A DNA stretch of 64,000 bases from Octopus bimaculoides (lineage: Eukaryota), in assembly GCF_001194135.2 (NCBI RefSeq), contig NC_068996.1, positions 13,583,134-13,647,133 on the forward strand. Reading direction: 5' to 3'. This document shows positions 53,751-64,000 of the stretch, in pieces; position 1 is the first letter of the stretch; each line of letters opens with the position of its first letter. The position numbers were made by a program, and so were the translations under genes. The notes beneath the pieces were generated by a model. That model made no database searches and was not told the DNA's origin. It saw only the letters and a program-made list of their open reading frames with translations.

Positions 53751-54683
53751 NNNNNNNNNNNNNNNNNNNNNNNNNNNNNNNNNNNNNNNNNNNNNNNNNN
53801 NNNNNNNNNNNNNNNNNNNNNNNNNNNNNNNNNNNNNNNNNNNNNNNNNNNNNNNNNNNNNNNNNNNNNNNNNNNNNNNNNNNNNNNNNNNNNNNNNNNN
53901 NNNNNNNNNNNNNNNNNNNNNNNNNNNNNNNNNNNNNNNNNNNNNNNNNNNNNNNNNNNNNNNNNNNNNNNNNNNNNNNNNNNNNNNNNNNNNNNNNNNN
54001 NNNNNNNNNNNNNNNNNNNNNNNNNNNNNNNNNNNNNNNNNNNNNNNNNNNNNNNNNNNNNNNNNNNNNNNNNNNNNNNNNNNNNNNNNNNNNNNNNNNN
54101 NNNNNNNNNNNNNNNNNNNNNNNNNNNNNNNNNNNNNNNNNNNNNNNNNNNNNNNNNNNNNNNNNNNNNNNNNNNNNNNNNNNNNNNNNNNNNNNNNNNN
54201 NNNNNNNNNNNNNNNNNNNNNNNNNNNNNNNNNNNNNNNNNNNNNNNNNNNNNNNNNNNNNNNNNNNNNNNNNNNNNNNNNNNNNNNNNNNNNNNNNNNN
54301 NNNNNNNNNNNNNNNNNNNNNNNNNNNNNNNNNNNNNNNNNNNNNNNNNNNNNNNNNNNNNNNNNNNNNNNNNNNNNNNNNNNNNNNNNNNNNNNNNNNN
54401 NNNNNNNNNNNNNNNNNNNNNNNNNNNNNNNNNNNNNNNNNNNNNNNNNNNNNNNNNNNNNNNNNNNNNNNNNNNNNNNNNNNNNNNNNNNNNNNNNNNN
54501 NNNNNNNNNNNNNNNNNNNNNNNNNNNNNNNNNNNNNNNNNNNNNNNNNNNNNNNNNNNNNNNNNNNNNNNNNNNNNNNNNNNNNNNNNNNNNNNNNNNN
54601 NNNNNNNNNNNNNNNNNNNNNNNNNNNNNNNNNNNNNNNNNNNNNNNNNNNNNNNNNNNNNNNNNNNNNNNNNNNNNNNNNNN

Positions 54684-55032
54684 AGAAATGGAAAAACTTT
54701 CAAAATACAAAGACCTGGAAATAGAGATAACTCGAATGTGGAATCTAAAAACAGAAACAATTCCTATCATAGTAGGTGCCTTAGGTATAATAAAAAAATA
54801 TTCAGACAAATACATAACAAAAACACCAGGTCTTACAAATATATATAACATACAGAAAATTGCACTACTGGGTACTGCACACATTCTACGCAAAACACTT
54901 TCAATACAGTAAACATAAGAGCACCACAGCAAACCACAGCACATACCCAAGGCGCACAGAGCTGCGCTCGGTAGTGAAGTGAAAGCATGTTATAAAAATA
55001 AAACTACTGAATAATAATAATAATAATAATAA
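54684..55032 (+). mobile_element. RLE-LINE 3' end with 3' UTR and (AAT)n tail (left end in gap)
   Basis: ORF MEKLSKYKDLEIEITRMWNLKTETIPIIVGALG...GTAHILRKTLSIQ*, then the UTR and AAT repeats. Confidence 0.9.
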
Positions 55033-55389
55033 TTTGTACCAATCTTTTTCAGCCATGTTGATCGTTGAGTGCTGATACTTCCAAGTGCACCAATTACTAT
55101 TGGTATCATGGCTACTCTCTTCATCGACCACAACCTTCGTATTTCCCACTTCAAATCGTCATAGTTGTTCCTTTTTGCACATTGATCCTTCTATCACAAT
55201 GATCCTATTATCACAGGGGTATGCTATATCGATTATCATACATGTTCATTCATTTTTATTCACCACAACAATGTCTGGTTTCTGATGTCTGATCGGGTGA
55301 TCACACTGGATCATTACACCCTTCAGGATTTTGTAATTCGGGGACTCCTTTTGGAGTTTGCTCATACTAACTTTCACATTTTTGGTGAC

Positions 55390-55625
55390 TATTATTATTA
55401 TTATTATTATTATCATTATTATTATTATTATTATTATTCCGTAGTCTTATTTTTATCACGTGCTTTCACAGCTCTACAGAGCGCAGCTCTACCGAGAGCA
55501 GCTCTGCCGAGCGCAGCTCTGCCGAGCGCAGCTTCACCGAGCGCAGCTCAGTGTGCACTGGGTAATGCTGTGGTTTGTTACGATGTTCTTATGGTTACTG
55601 TATTGAAAGTGTTTTACGTATGATG
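55390..55625 (-). mobile_element. Inverted copy of the same LINE 3' UTR with an internal 15-bp tandem array
   Basis: Reverse complement of 54890-55020. (GCTCTGCCGAGCGCA)-like unit about 5 times at 55470-55550. Confidence 0.85.
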
Positions 55626-55656
55626 TGTGCGGTGCCTAATAGTCCTATTTTCTATA

Positions 55657-56180
55657 GGCGCAAGAGTGGCTGTGTAGTAAGTAGCTTGCTTATCAACCAT
55701 ATGGTTTCGGGTTGAGTCCCACTGCGTGGCACCTTGAACAAGTGTCTTCTACTATAGCCGCGGGCCGACCAAATCCTTGTGAGTGGATTTGGTAGACGGA
55801 AACTGAAAGAAGCCCATCGTATATATGTATATATATATATACATANNNNNNNNNNNNNNNNNNNNNNNNNNNNNNNNNNNNNNNNNNNNNNNNNNNNNNN
55901 NNNNNNNNNNNNNNNNNNNNNNNNNNNNNNNNNNNNNNNNNNNNNNNNNNNNNNNNNNNNNNNNNNNNNNNNNNNNNNNNNNNNNNNNNNNNNNNNNNNN
56001 NNNNNNNNNNNNNNNNNNNNNNNNNNNNNNNNNNNNNNNNNNNNNNNNNNNNNNNNNNAAAAGAGACCGATAGAATAAGTACTCGGCTTACAAAGAATAA
56101 GTCCTGGGATCGATTTCCTCGGCTAAAGGCGGTGTTCCAGCATGGCCACTGTTAAATGTCTGAAACAAATAAAAGAATAA
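55657..56180 (+). mobile_element. tRNA-derived SINE, family B (gap inside)
   Basis: GGCGCAAGAGTGGCTGTGTAGTAAGTAGCTTGCT...GGGTTGAGTCCCACTGCGTGGCACCTTG, homologous to 62334-62750. Confidence 0.9.
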
Positions 56181-56199
56181 AATAGTAAAAGAGTATAGC

Positions 56200-56470
56200 T
56201 AATGCGCCTATTATGATAGGAATTGTTTCTGTTTTTAGACGCCACATTCGAGTTAGTTCTATTTCCAGGTCTTTGTATTTTGAAAGTTTCTCCATTTCTT
56301 TGAGAGAAACGTTGTCATCTGTTGGTATGGATACATCGATTAGAAAGCATTTATTTTCTTGAGTTCTCTGACAACTATATCCGGCCTATTGGCCTTAATT
56401 TCTCCATCTGTGTATTGGCATATCCCATAGTATGTTTGCTTTCTCATATTCTGTGACCTTTTCTTGCATG
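56200..56470 (-). mobile_element. RLE-LINE fragment of the same family as 54684-55032, inverted
   Basis: The minus strand gives WDMPIHTDGEIKANRPDIVVR...EMEKLSKYKDLEIELTRMW. Confidence 0.85.
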
Positions 56471-56478
56471 TCTATATG

Positions 56479-56546
<68 letters not shown>

Positions 56547-56599
56547 GTGCTGTGGTTTGCTGTGATGCGCTTATGGTTACTTTATTGAAAGTGTTTTGC

Positions 56600-56663
<64 letters not shown>

Positions 56664-57140
56664 CATCATTATTTTATTTTTAATCTGCATGTTGTTACAA
56701 CCACTAGCCGACTTACACCTAGCCTCCTAAGGCAAGTGAAGGATAGTAGATGTAACAGTATGACAGAAAACTTGTGATGGGGCAAGTCGCAGGGGCAGTA
56801 ACGAAATGTCTTCATGTAATACAACACATACATTTAAATGGATAGAATTTTTCTAAGGATGTGGGCAATACCTGTCAGCATAATCTTTTGTGTGCGTGTG
56901 AGTGTGGGTGTTTATGCGCGTATATATATATATATATGCATATGTACATATATGTGGTTTAGTATATAAATATAGGCGAGTCTACGGATTGGTGCGCTTA
57001 CGCGAACCTATAGACTTCTCTACTCCCTTATTTTTACCCCTTCCCCTTACTTAACGGTCTATTAGTTCTTTTATCTTAATGACGGTCAACCACACAGTAA
57101 TTTCCCTTTGTTAAACGGTCATTTTCATAGCAATTTTTAA

Positions 57141-57214
57141 TGGCCGGATAACTGAAGAGATGGTGGTGTGGGTTTCCGCCCCGGCATCCGAAACTCAGAG
57201 TTTTATCATGGCTA
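57141..57214 (+). ncRNA. Type I hammerhead ribozyme with extended stems I and II
   Basis: CUGAAGA (57152-58), GAAA (57190-93), stem II GAUG..GG.GUGG-GUUU-CCGC.CC..CAUC, stem III ACU-CAG-AGU, triplet GUU (57200-02), stem I UGGCCGGAUAA/UUAUC(A)UGGCUA (11 bp with one bulge). Confidence 0.8.
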
Positions 57215-57225
57215 CCGAATAAGTG

Positions 57226-57296
<71 letters not shown>

Positions 57297-57315
57297 TATA
57301 TATATATATATATAT

Positions 57316-57600
57316 GAGGCGCATAGCCTAATGGGTGTTGCAGTCATCATTGCGAGATCATGGTTTCAGTTACTAAACCTGCGATGTGTTCTTCAGCAAA
57401 ACACTTCATCTCATATTGCTTTGCGATCACTTCGACACCTGATGCTTGGTACACCGTGCGCATGTTCAGGTACGGTCCATCTGATGGAGAGAGTGAACAA
57501 ATGTACAGCACGTACATTTGTTCAATATAAGCATGTTATTTGTGAAGTACGTTCAGCAAAAGTTGAACACTTATACTTCTTCTCCGACAGTAGAGTCCAT
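57316..57600 (+). mobile_element. Diverged tRNA-derived SINE with a Meta-like core
   Basis: GGCGCATAGCCTAATGG head and GTGTTCTTCAGCAAAACACTT core, similar to the core of the SINE at 29770-30092. Confidence 0.65.
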
Positions 57601-57605
57601 CCTTA

Positions 57606-57687
<82 letters not shown>

Positions 57688-57829
57688 GTTGTTGTTTTTT
57701 TTTCTTCTTTCTTCAAATTGTCTTCCATTTCTCGCCAGGTGTTTTCCGTACACTTAGGGCAGAGAAACATGTTGTATGCATTCCCAGTTTACACACGCAA
57801 ATTCACAGGTAAAACATGTATTTAAGAAA

Positions 57830-58055
57830 AAAAAATAAAGAAAAATATAATGAATGGTTGTTGTTTTCACAGCGATAATGCTCTTCTCAGTACATGAGTC
57901 GTTCCAGTTAACACGATGTTTTGCACTTCCTGTAGGGATGGTAAGCCTGGTATCATTTTCAAATAGGTTTCAGTACCTTCTTTTTATCATTCCTAGAGAT
58001 CCTACAATCACTGGTATGGTAGTCGCCTTGAGGTGCCACATTTTTTCAATTTCTA
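57830..58055 (-). mobile_element. RLE-LINE 3' fragment
   Basis: The minus strand gives KMWHLKATTIPVIVGSLGMIKRRY...LQEVQNIVLTGTTHVLRRAL. Confidence 0.75.
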
Positions 58056-58074
58056 TTATTATTATTATTATTAC

Positions 58075-58154
<80 letters not shown>

Positions 58155-59559
58155 GTTATAATCTCACTTAAAGCAACTGAAGAACATGCAAAACATTTCA
58201 GCAGATCACACATATTATCAGAAGACAACCATATTTTTCCATCCAAAATCGTAGAATTAGAAACCAAATATTGATTTAAGCTGATTTAAGTGCATTTATA
58301 ATTGTGTTTGCGAATTTTCGAGACACGTGACGTAGCAGAATGGCAGAGTGCCGGACAAAGTACTTGAATGTATATATATAGTGAAGTGTATAGTCTGTTT
58401 ATGTTCTGTGTTCTTGTCAATTCGCCAAGAACACAAGATAGCGCGATGTTGTTTTGCCAGGAGATTTACCTTACCCCTACTCTACACCTGTTGATAGTCC
58501 AGCTTATTCTTTTTGTGCAAGGACATTACAAAAAATATATACACATATATAAACGTATATATATNNNNNNNNNNNNNNNNNNNNNNNNNNNNNNNNNNNN
58601 NNNNNNNNNNNNNNNNNNNNNNNNNNNNNNNNNNNNNNNNNNNNNNNNNNNNNNNNNNNNNNNNNNNNNNNNNNNNNNNNNNNNNNNNNNNNNNNNNNNN
58701 NNNNNNNNNNNNNNNNNNNNNNNNGTGTATGCACTTTAGTCCTGCTCTCCCTCTCTCTCAATGTATATATATATATATAAACATATATATATATATATAT
58801 TATTTTAATGTTGAAAGGAAAAGATAAGAAGACGTCGAAGTTTGCGAGAGTTATTTGACTGGGCAGAAAAGGAGAGAAATTAATTCTGAAATAGGAGAAA
58901 AGAGGGAAAATAATATACACTCTTTGAATAAGGAATGTTAGTTTGTAGCGAAGAAGGGAGACATGACGTTTCAGGCAGAACCTCGGAGCAAACCGTTTGC
59001 CGACGAAGAACATTATTTGTTACCAGCTTCATTCCACCGATATTCTTTTGGGACATTTTTGTCAGGTTTGGAATGAAGTCATATTGCTAGAAAACAAATG
59101 TAAATTATATTTCTAGGCCATGATGAGAGATAAATTCGGAATATCTCTTAAAGAAAGCAAGACTTGTGATGTTGGGTTTTAGTTTCATGAACTTTGAAAA
59201 CACCTTGAAATTTTCTGAGCATCCTGCTATCTGCTTTAACGGGAGAAAATATACTCTTGGTGCTTAAAATCAAGAGGTTATGTATGCAACCACTCCGTAT
59301 GCAACAACTGATATAATACTTCTCTCCTCACCGCACCTTCTGTTACGGTCATAAAATATTCTGCTAATCCTGTTTCAAACAACCGATACTGACAACACTA
59401 CCAACAAAATCTATATATGTTTGATCAACCTGCAAGATATAATAGCTTAATATTTCTCAAATCATACTACTGTCTTTCAAATGCATTAGATAATGTAATT
59501 CTAGAAACTTAAAAAGAAGAAAGAAACATAACCGTCATTTGCAAGCGAGTATGGGCTAC

Positions 59560-59830
59560 TATTTGTTGCTAATTGATTGAAATGACTAAGTAGTCACTGG
59601 CCAACAGATGCACGTACAGACTATCTACCCTCGACCCAGCAAAATATACATGAGGGCATGAGAGCTGCACTAGAGTTCGCAGCACGTGAACTGCTGTTCC
59701 CTTCAGTTCAGTTGTGTCAACACTGATAACAGAAAAAAGAATGCTTTTTTCAAAGGTACACTGCGCTATCAGGTCAAGAATTGAACCCATGACCTAATAA
59801 TCGTCAGTATATTACTAATAATAGGATAGG
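59560..59830 (-). mobile_element. Diverged tRNA-derived SINE
   Basis: Reverse complement has a GGGTTCAATTC B box followed by a GTGTACCTTTGAAAAAAGCATT Meta-like core. Confidence 0.55.
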
Positions 59831-59859
59831 ATGGTTTTAAATGGAAAGTATTTTATTAT

Positions 59860-61000
59860 GAGTTTGCTACTTGATCATGGTTGACTTGGAGCTGTCTCCT
59901 GAGTTCGGATTGTACTGTGTAAAGGTGGTCTTAGGATGGAGCTTTTATGATAGGGATTTGATGATAATGATATGTTATCAGTTCGACTGAGCTTCATACA
60001 ACTATAACTTGAATCTAGCTCTTCTCTTGACTTCCCATTGGGGTAATAGTTGCCCGTCTTCAGGTTTAGGGTACGCCCAAGAAGTCGATATTTGTGAAAG
60101 AGATAGTGACCATTTTGGATACACCGAGTTCTTCGAAGATTTTTATCAGATCCATCCAAAACTTGTTCATAGCGTATGGTTTGAGATTACCAGGATTTCG
60201 TCGCAATAGAAGTCCGAGCTGAGGGATTTGTGAGCTTTCTTAGGGTGTGTAGTATATATAACCCAATGAGGTCACCCATCTCGTAGCTCCTTATAGATAC
60301 GTCAAACGGTGGGTCACCTAGTTCACCCCGTAGGAATCATTGTGAACCGTGGTGGAATATCTAGCATGCTTGATGATTCCAATATTGAAGTCACTGATAT
60401 TAGTGAATTGCTTTCCCAAATAAAAAAAACCTTCAGGAGGAGGAATTACGATAGTGAAGTGTAAATATCCACGATAACGAACAGAGCAAATCTGCGGACT
60501 GCTTTATTTTCGATGCCGTGGAACCGGTCGATTACTGCGAATCAATTTCATAACCATTCTAATATCTGCCTATTTCTCTCTTTTCAGGGCGAATCATATG
60601 ATCTTCAATAATTAGTAGAGTGCTCAGTACTTTCGTTTTAGCGTTTATGTTGAGGTGTTTGTCTTTTTCTATGTTTTAGCGATTCTATTTGTATGATGTC
60701 TTGTGTGCACGGAGGTGATTGCCATATATGCTATTTATTTTGTCTGCAAGAATGTTTACATTCGATGATTGCTTCATTTTTGCCATATTATATCTATATA
60801 GTCAAAGAAAGGGTTAGAATTAGGCCAAAACCTTACCTTCTTTTCCATGTTCATAATGCATCTTCAAAACTCTCCAGGTCCTTTACCTGGGGCAGCACAG
60901 GATTTTAGACCGAACTTGTCTGCAAGTATGCTGGTAGACGGATTCTCAAAAAAGAAGGCTTTGTAGGGTATAAGCTTAAAGACACTTTCCTTTTTTCAAC
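59860..61000 (-). mobile_element. Penelope-like element remnant (RT and N-terminal region)
   Basis: The minus strand gives YEMGDLIGLYILH, IDFLG.TLNLKTGNY (PLE RT), and AFFFENP...KFGLKS..P.VKDLESFE (PLE N-terminal region). Confidence 0.75.
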
Positions 61001-61197
61001 AAGGCACGTTAAATAGAGTTTCCTACGTGATAATTGGATATTTTTCAAAGAGTACAGCAGCGGCTTTGGCTCTATTATAAACTATTTAGCCATCATTTGC
61101 GGATGGAGCTCAGCAGAGTCTGGAGTAGGAATAAGAGTGAATGTTCAAACTGAGGAATGTACCATTCAGTATATTTAGTAAGAGTTACGTGTATAAC

Positions 61198-61483
61198 TTA
61201 ATAACAGTCCGACTCAACTTACAATTTCGTAGGCTTGTAGAACAAACTTAGCTCATCAGAGCAACTTAGCTCATCAGGCAATGGAGATCGAATAACAGGA
61301 TGAAACAAAATTCAAGATATGTTTTAGATGCTTGATTATTTATCTCAGGTCACGTAGTGTTATTGAGAAGTCTAACACTTAGTAGCCATATTGAACAACA
61401 CCGAATCCTGTTATCCGTCTCCAAACGCCTGATTTGTTCTGCGAAACTTTAAGCTGCATTGAGTTGAGTCAAACTATTATTAA
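61198..61483. mobile_element. Old MITE / fold-back with ~100-120-bp imperfect arms, TTAA at both ends
   Basis: TTAATAACAGTCCGACTCAACT..AGAACAAA..TCAGGC..TGGAGA..ATAACAGGAT versus the reverse complement of 61387-61483. Confidence 0.6.
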
Positions 61484-61541
61484 ATAGCGTCGGTAAACCC
61501 TACCACATTTGCCCATTAACTCGTACACACATACACATATG

Positions 61542-61609
<68 letters not shown>

Positions 61610-62333
61610 AAAATATTCCATACAATTTACTTCTACCAAATTCCCTCACGAAATATTGGTCAGTCTGGACTACAAACATATATGGGTAAGCATGCGTATG
61701 TGCGTGGGTTCACACGCACAGAAACTCACATACACAAACTCTCTTTTTCTCACACACACACGTACGCACACACGTGCATATACACATACATAAGCTTAAT
61801 TTTTTTAGAGGGGAAAAAAAAAAGCTTATGAGTAATATTTTTTCAAGCAAAAATAAATAAGTAAATTATAATTCAAGTCAATATATATATTTTTCACATA
61901 TATCTAATTATCTACATCTACAGACAGTCAGTTTTGCCATATCAAATCTCGTCAGCGGAAAGTATTTGATGCATAACTCTATTATATTCAAGCGGTTCAT
62001 GACAGAAGAAATTAAAATGGTGTCTCTTTTCATTACGATTGTATTGTGTCGTCCTTACAAATAATAAATAAAAAAATAAATTGAAAAATGGAATAAAATG
62101 ATTAAGTTAAAATGTTTAGCTTAAAATGAAAATAGGAATAAAGTAAGAAGCGTGTATGAGGAAACATTGGGCACATTACCATTCCAGTCTATTTCTTTAC
62201 CTGGTTTTAACCACCCAAACAATTTTGTGTATGTAAACATGAAACGCAAACTAAATGACACGTTGTCTCTACATTCGTCTCACGATAATGACCTTCGGTT
62301 TAAATGTATTGCAATAACTTCATGCATATAGTT

Positions 62334-62518
62334 GGCGCAGGAGTGGTTGGGTGGTAAGTAGCTTGCTTACCAACCATATGGTTCCGGGTTCAGTCCCACT
62401 GCGTGGCACCTTGGGCAAGTGTCTTCTACTATAGCCTCGGGTCGACCAAAGCATTGTAAGTGGATTTCGTAGACGGAAACTGAAAGAAGCCCGTCATATA
62501 TATGAATATACATATATA

Positions 62519-62549
<31 letters not shown>

Positions 62550-62750
62550 TTGTCCCCACAACATCGCTTGACAACCGATGCTGTTGTGTTTACGTCCCCG
62601 TAACTTAGTGGTTCGGCAAAAGAAACCGATAGAATAAGTACTAGGCTTACAAAGAATAAGTCCTGGGATTGATTTGCTCGAATAAAGGCGGCGCTCCAGC
62701 ATGGCCACAGTCAAATGACGGGAACAAGTAAAGGAGAAAGAGAAAGAGAG
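62334..62750 (+). mobile_element. Full-length tRNA-derived SINE, family B
   Basis: GGCGCAGGAGTGGTTGGGTGGTAAG (A box), GGTTCCGGGTTCAGTCCC (B box), GCACCTTGGGCAAGTGTCTT core, internal TG repeat, purine-rich tail. Confidence 0.92.
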
Positions 62751-62994
62751 ATTCCATGACTGAGTTTTTGGTTGAAATTCCTTAGAATCCACGTTCGTGG
62801 CATGGGCTTATCTAATTGATCTTGCACAGAGGAAGAATCAAGTGAGCAGCATTTTTGACTAGTTAATAAATGATAAATCAAATATATACTCTTTCATACA
62901 TACACATACATACCTGCATTACTGGCTAAAGTAACTGACCACTGTCTGCTTATTAGGACTATGGTAAATGGCAGTCACAACTGCAACGATCATC

Positions 62995-63140
<146 letters not shown>

Positions 63141-63169
63141 GATTATATATTGGTGAAATGAGCCCTTAC

Positions 63170-64000
63170 TGAAATTTTCCAAGAAAAAATAAGTTTGGCA
63201 TTTGAAATACTCTCTCGGCAGAGGATTAACATCGATCCAAACTACCTTTGAATGTCGTATCATATTCCTTCGGGAACATGTTTTAACCACCAACTGTCGA
63301 AGTGCATCTCTTGACAAAGTTTGCATACATGAGGCTGATAATATCATAAGACTTGAAAAGCAGCTCCTTGAGCAGCATTCCTTGTCTGATCACCTAAAGT
63401 ACATGCGCAACGAAGACGCACGACTTTAGCGCAACGTACCATCAGATGAAAGGATGAGCGTATATCAGCAAAATCTATGCATGCATGTTAGTAGAAAGCT
63501 CCGAGATGATAGAAACATTGATCATCAAAGCAGTCTATCATGGACCAACAACCGGATTACTACCTCCCACTCTGAAGGTTATGCGTTTGCAATGCAGGAA
63601 GAGGAAATATCAACCAAACATTTAATGCACAAAAGGGACAGAAACGCAGTAAAACCAGCAAAATGTGATAACTGATGAAATTTTTTGTGGAGTTAATACC
63701 GAACATATCACCCACACCATAAGCAGTTGTCCAAAATTTCACCACGGTATTGTCTACCGATGAGACATGATGTTGTAGCTTGGAGACTATATGACGAAAT
63801 CAGTCGAAAGGATAACTCCGAGGACAAAGAAATAAGAACCCACAAAAAGGTAGAAGCCATAATAAAAAGGACTATTAGTAGAATGCCCGATTGAAAATCT
63901 CAATGAAATGTAAACACAATAGACCTATTATAATGATTTAGGATAGAGAAGAGAAACTGCGTGCTATTGCGGAAATCAAATACCAAGCGGCTGTTCACAT
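63170..64000 (+). mobile_element. RLE-type (R4/Dong/CRE-like) LINE C-terminal fragment
   Basis: GRGLTSIQTTFECRII, IDHQSSLSW, SEGYAFAMQEEEISTK, KC..C....EHITH.ISSCPK, RHDVVA. Confidence 0.8.

Noticed and set aside
55468-55552. Regularly spaced repeats as a CRISPR-like array
   Set aside because: Contiguous tandem units without unique spacers, in a eukaryotic LINE UTR.
58945-58995. Minus-strand GG-ttctg-CCT-GAAAC-gtcat-GTC hammerhead half
   Set aside because: The first box reads CTCCGAG and stem I does not pair. Counted only as a possible dead remnant.
60833-60965. Strong minus-strand donor GAAG|gtaagg with an upstream ORF-like sequence
   Set aside because: The sequence translates as Penelope N-terminal region, not a host exon.
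61225-61280. Two CTGATGAGC motifs on the minus strand
   Set aside because: No compatible stem II/III. Explained by an 18-bp local duplication.
62334-62410. tRNA genes at SINE heads (also ~30020-30092)
   Set aside because: A/B boxes are present but there is no full cloverleaf, and they continue into SINE bodies.

Overview
AT-rich, repeat-saturated eukaryotic DNA with 13 N-gaps (about 5.6 kb). The SINE families, the (TA)n/(CA)n/(GATA)n/(TAA)n microsatellite load and the LINE repertoire look like a coleoid cephalopod (Octopus-like) draft scaffold; this is an inference. No long intact host ORF is present, and nearly all ORF-track entries are microsatellite, gap or decayed-transposon translations. 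The window holds a degraded near-full-length Tx1/L1-clade LINE (7.2-11.8 kb), an RTE LINE (33.0-35.6 kb), many R4/Dong-type (RLE) LINE pieces tied to triplet microsatellites, and several Penelope-like (PLE) remnants. It also holds three adjacent Tc1/mariner elements (DD34E Tc1, a mariner fold-back, a DD37D maT), MITEs and tRNA-derived SINEs. The main result is two nearly canonical minimal type I hammerhead ribozymes, folded by hand, at 57141-57214 and 45052-45096, plus several decayed hammerhead cores in PLE-type fragments. These suggest ribozyme-bearing pLTR/retrozyme-like short elements. Weaker signals are a CpG-rich candidate bidirectional promoter with a first exon near 36.6-36.8 kb, and a phase-compatible chain of small minus-strand exon candidates, two of which are exactly 119 nt. 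No host gene could be named.
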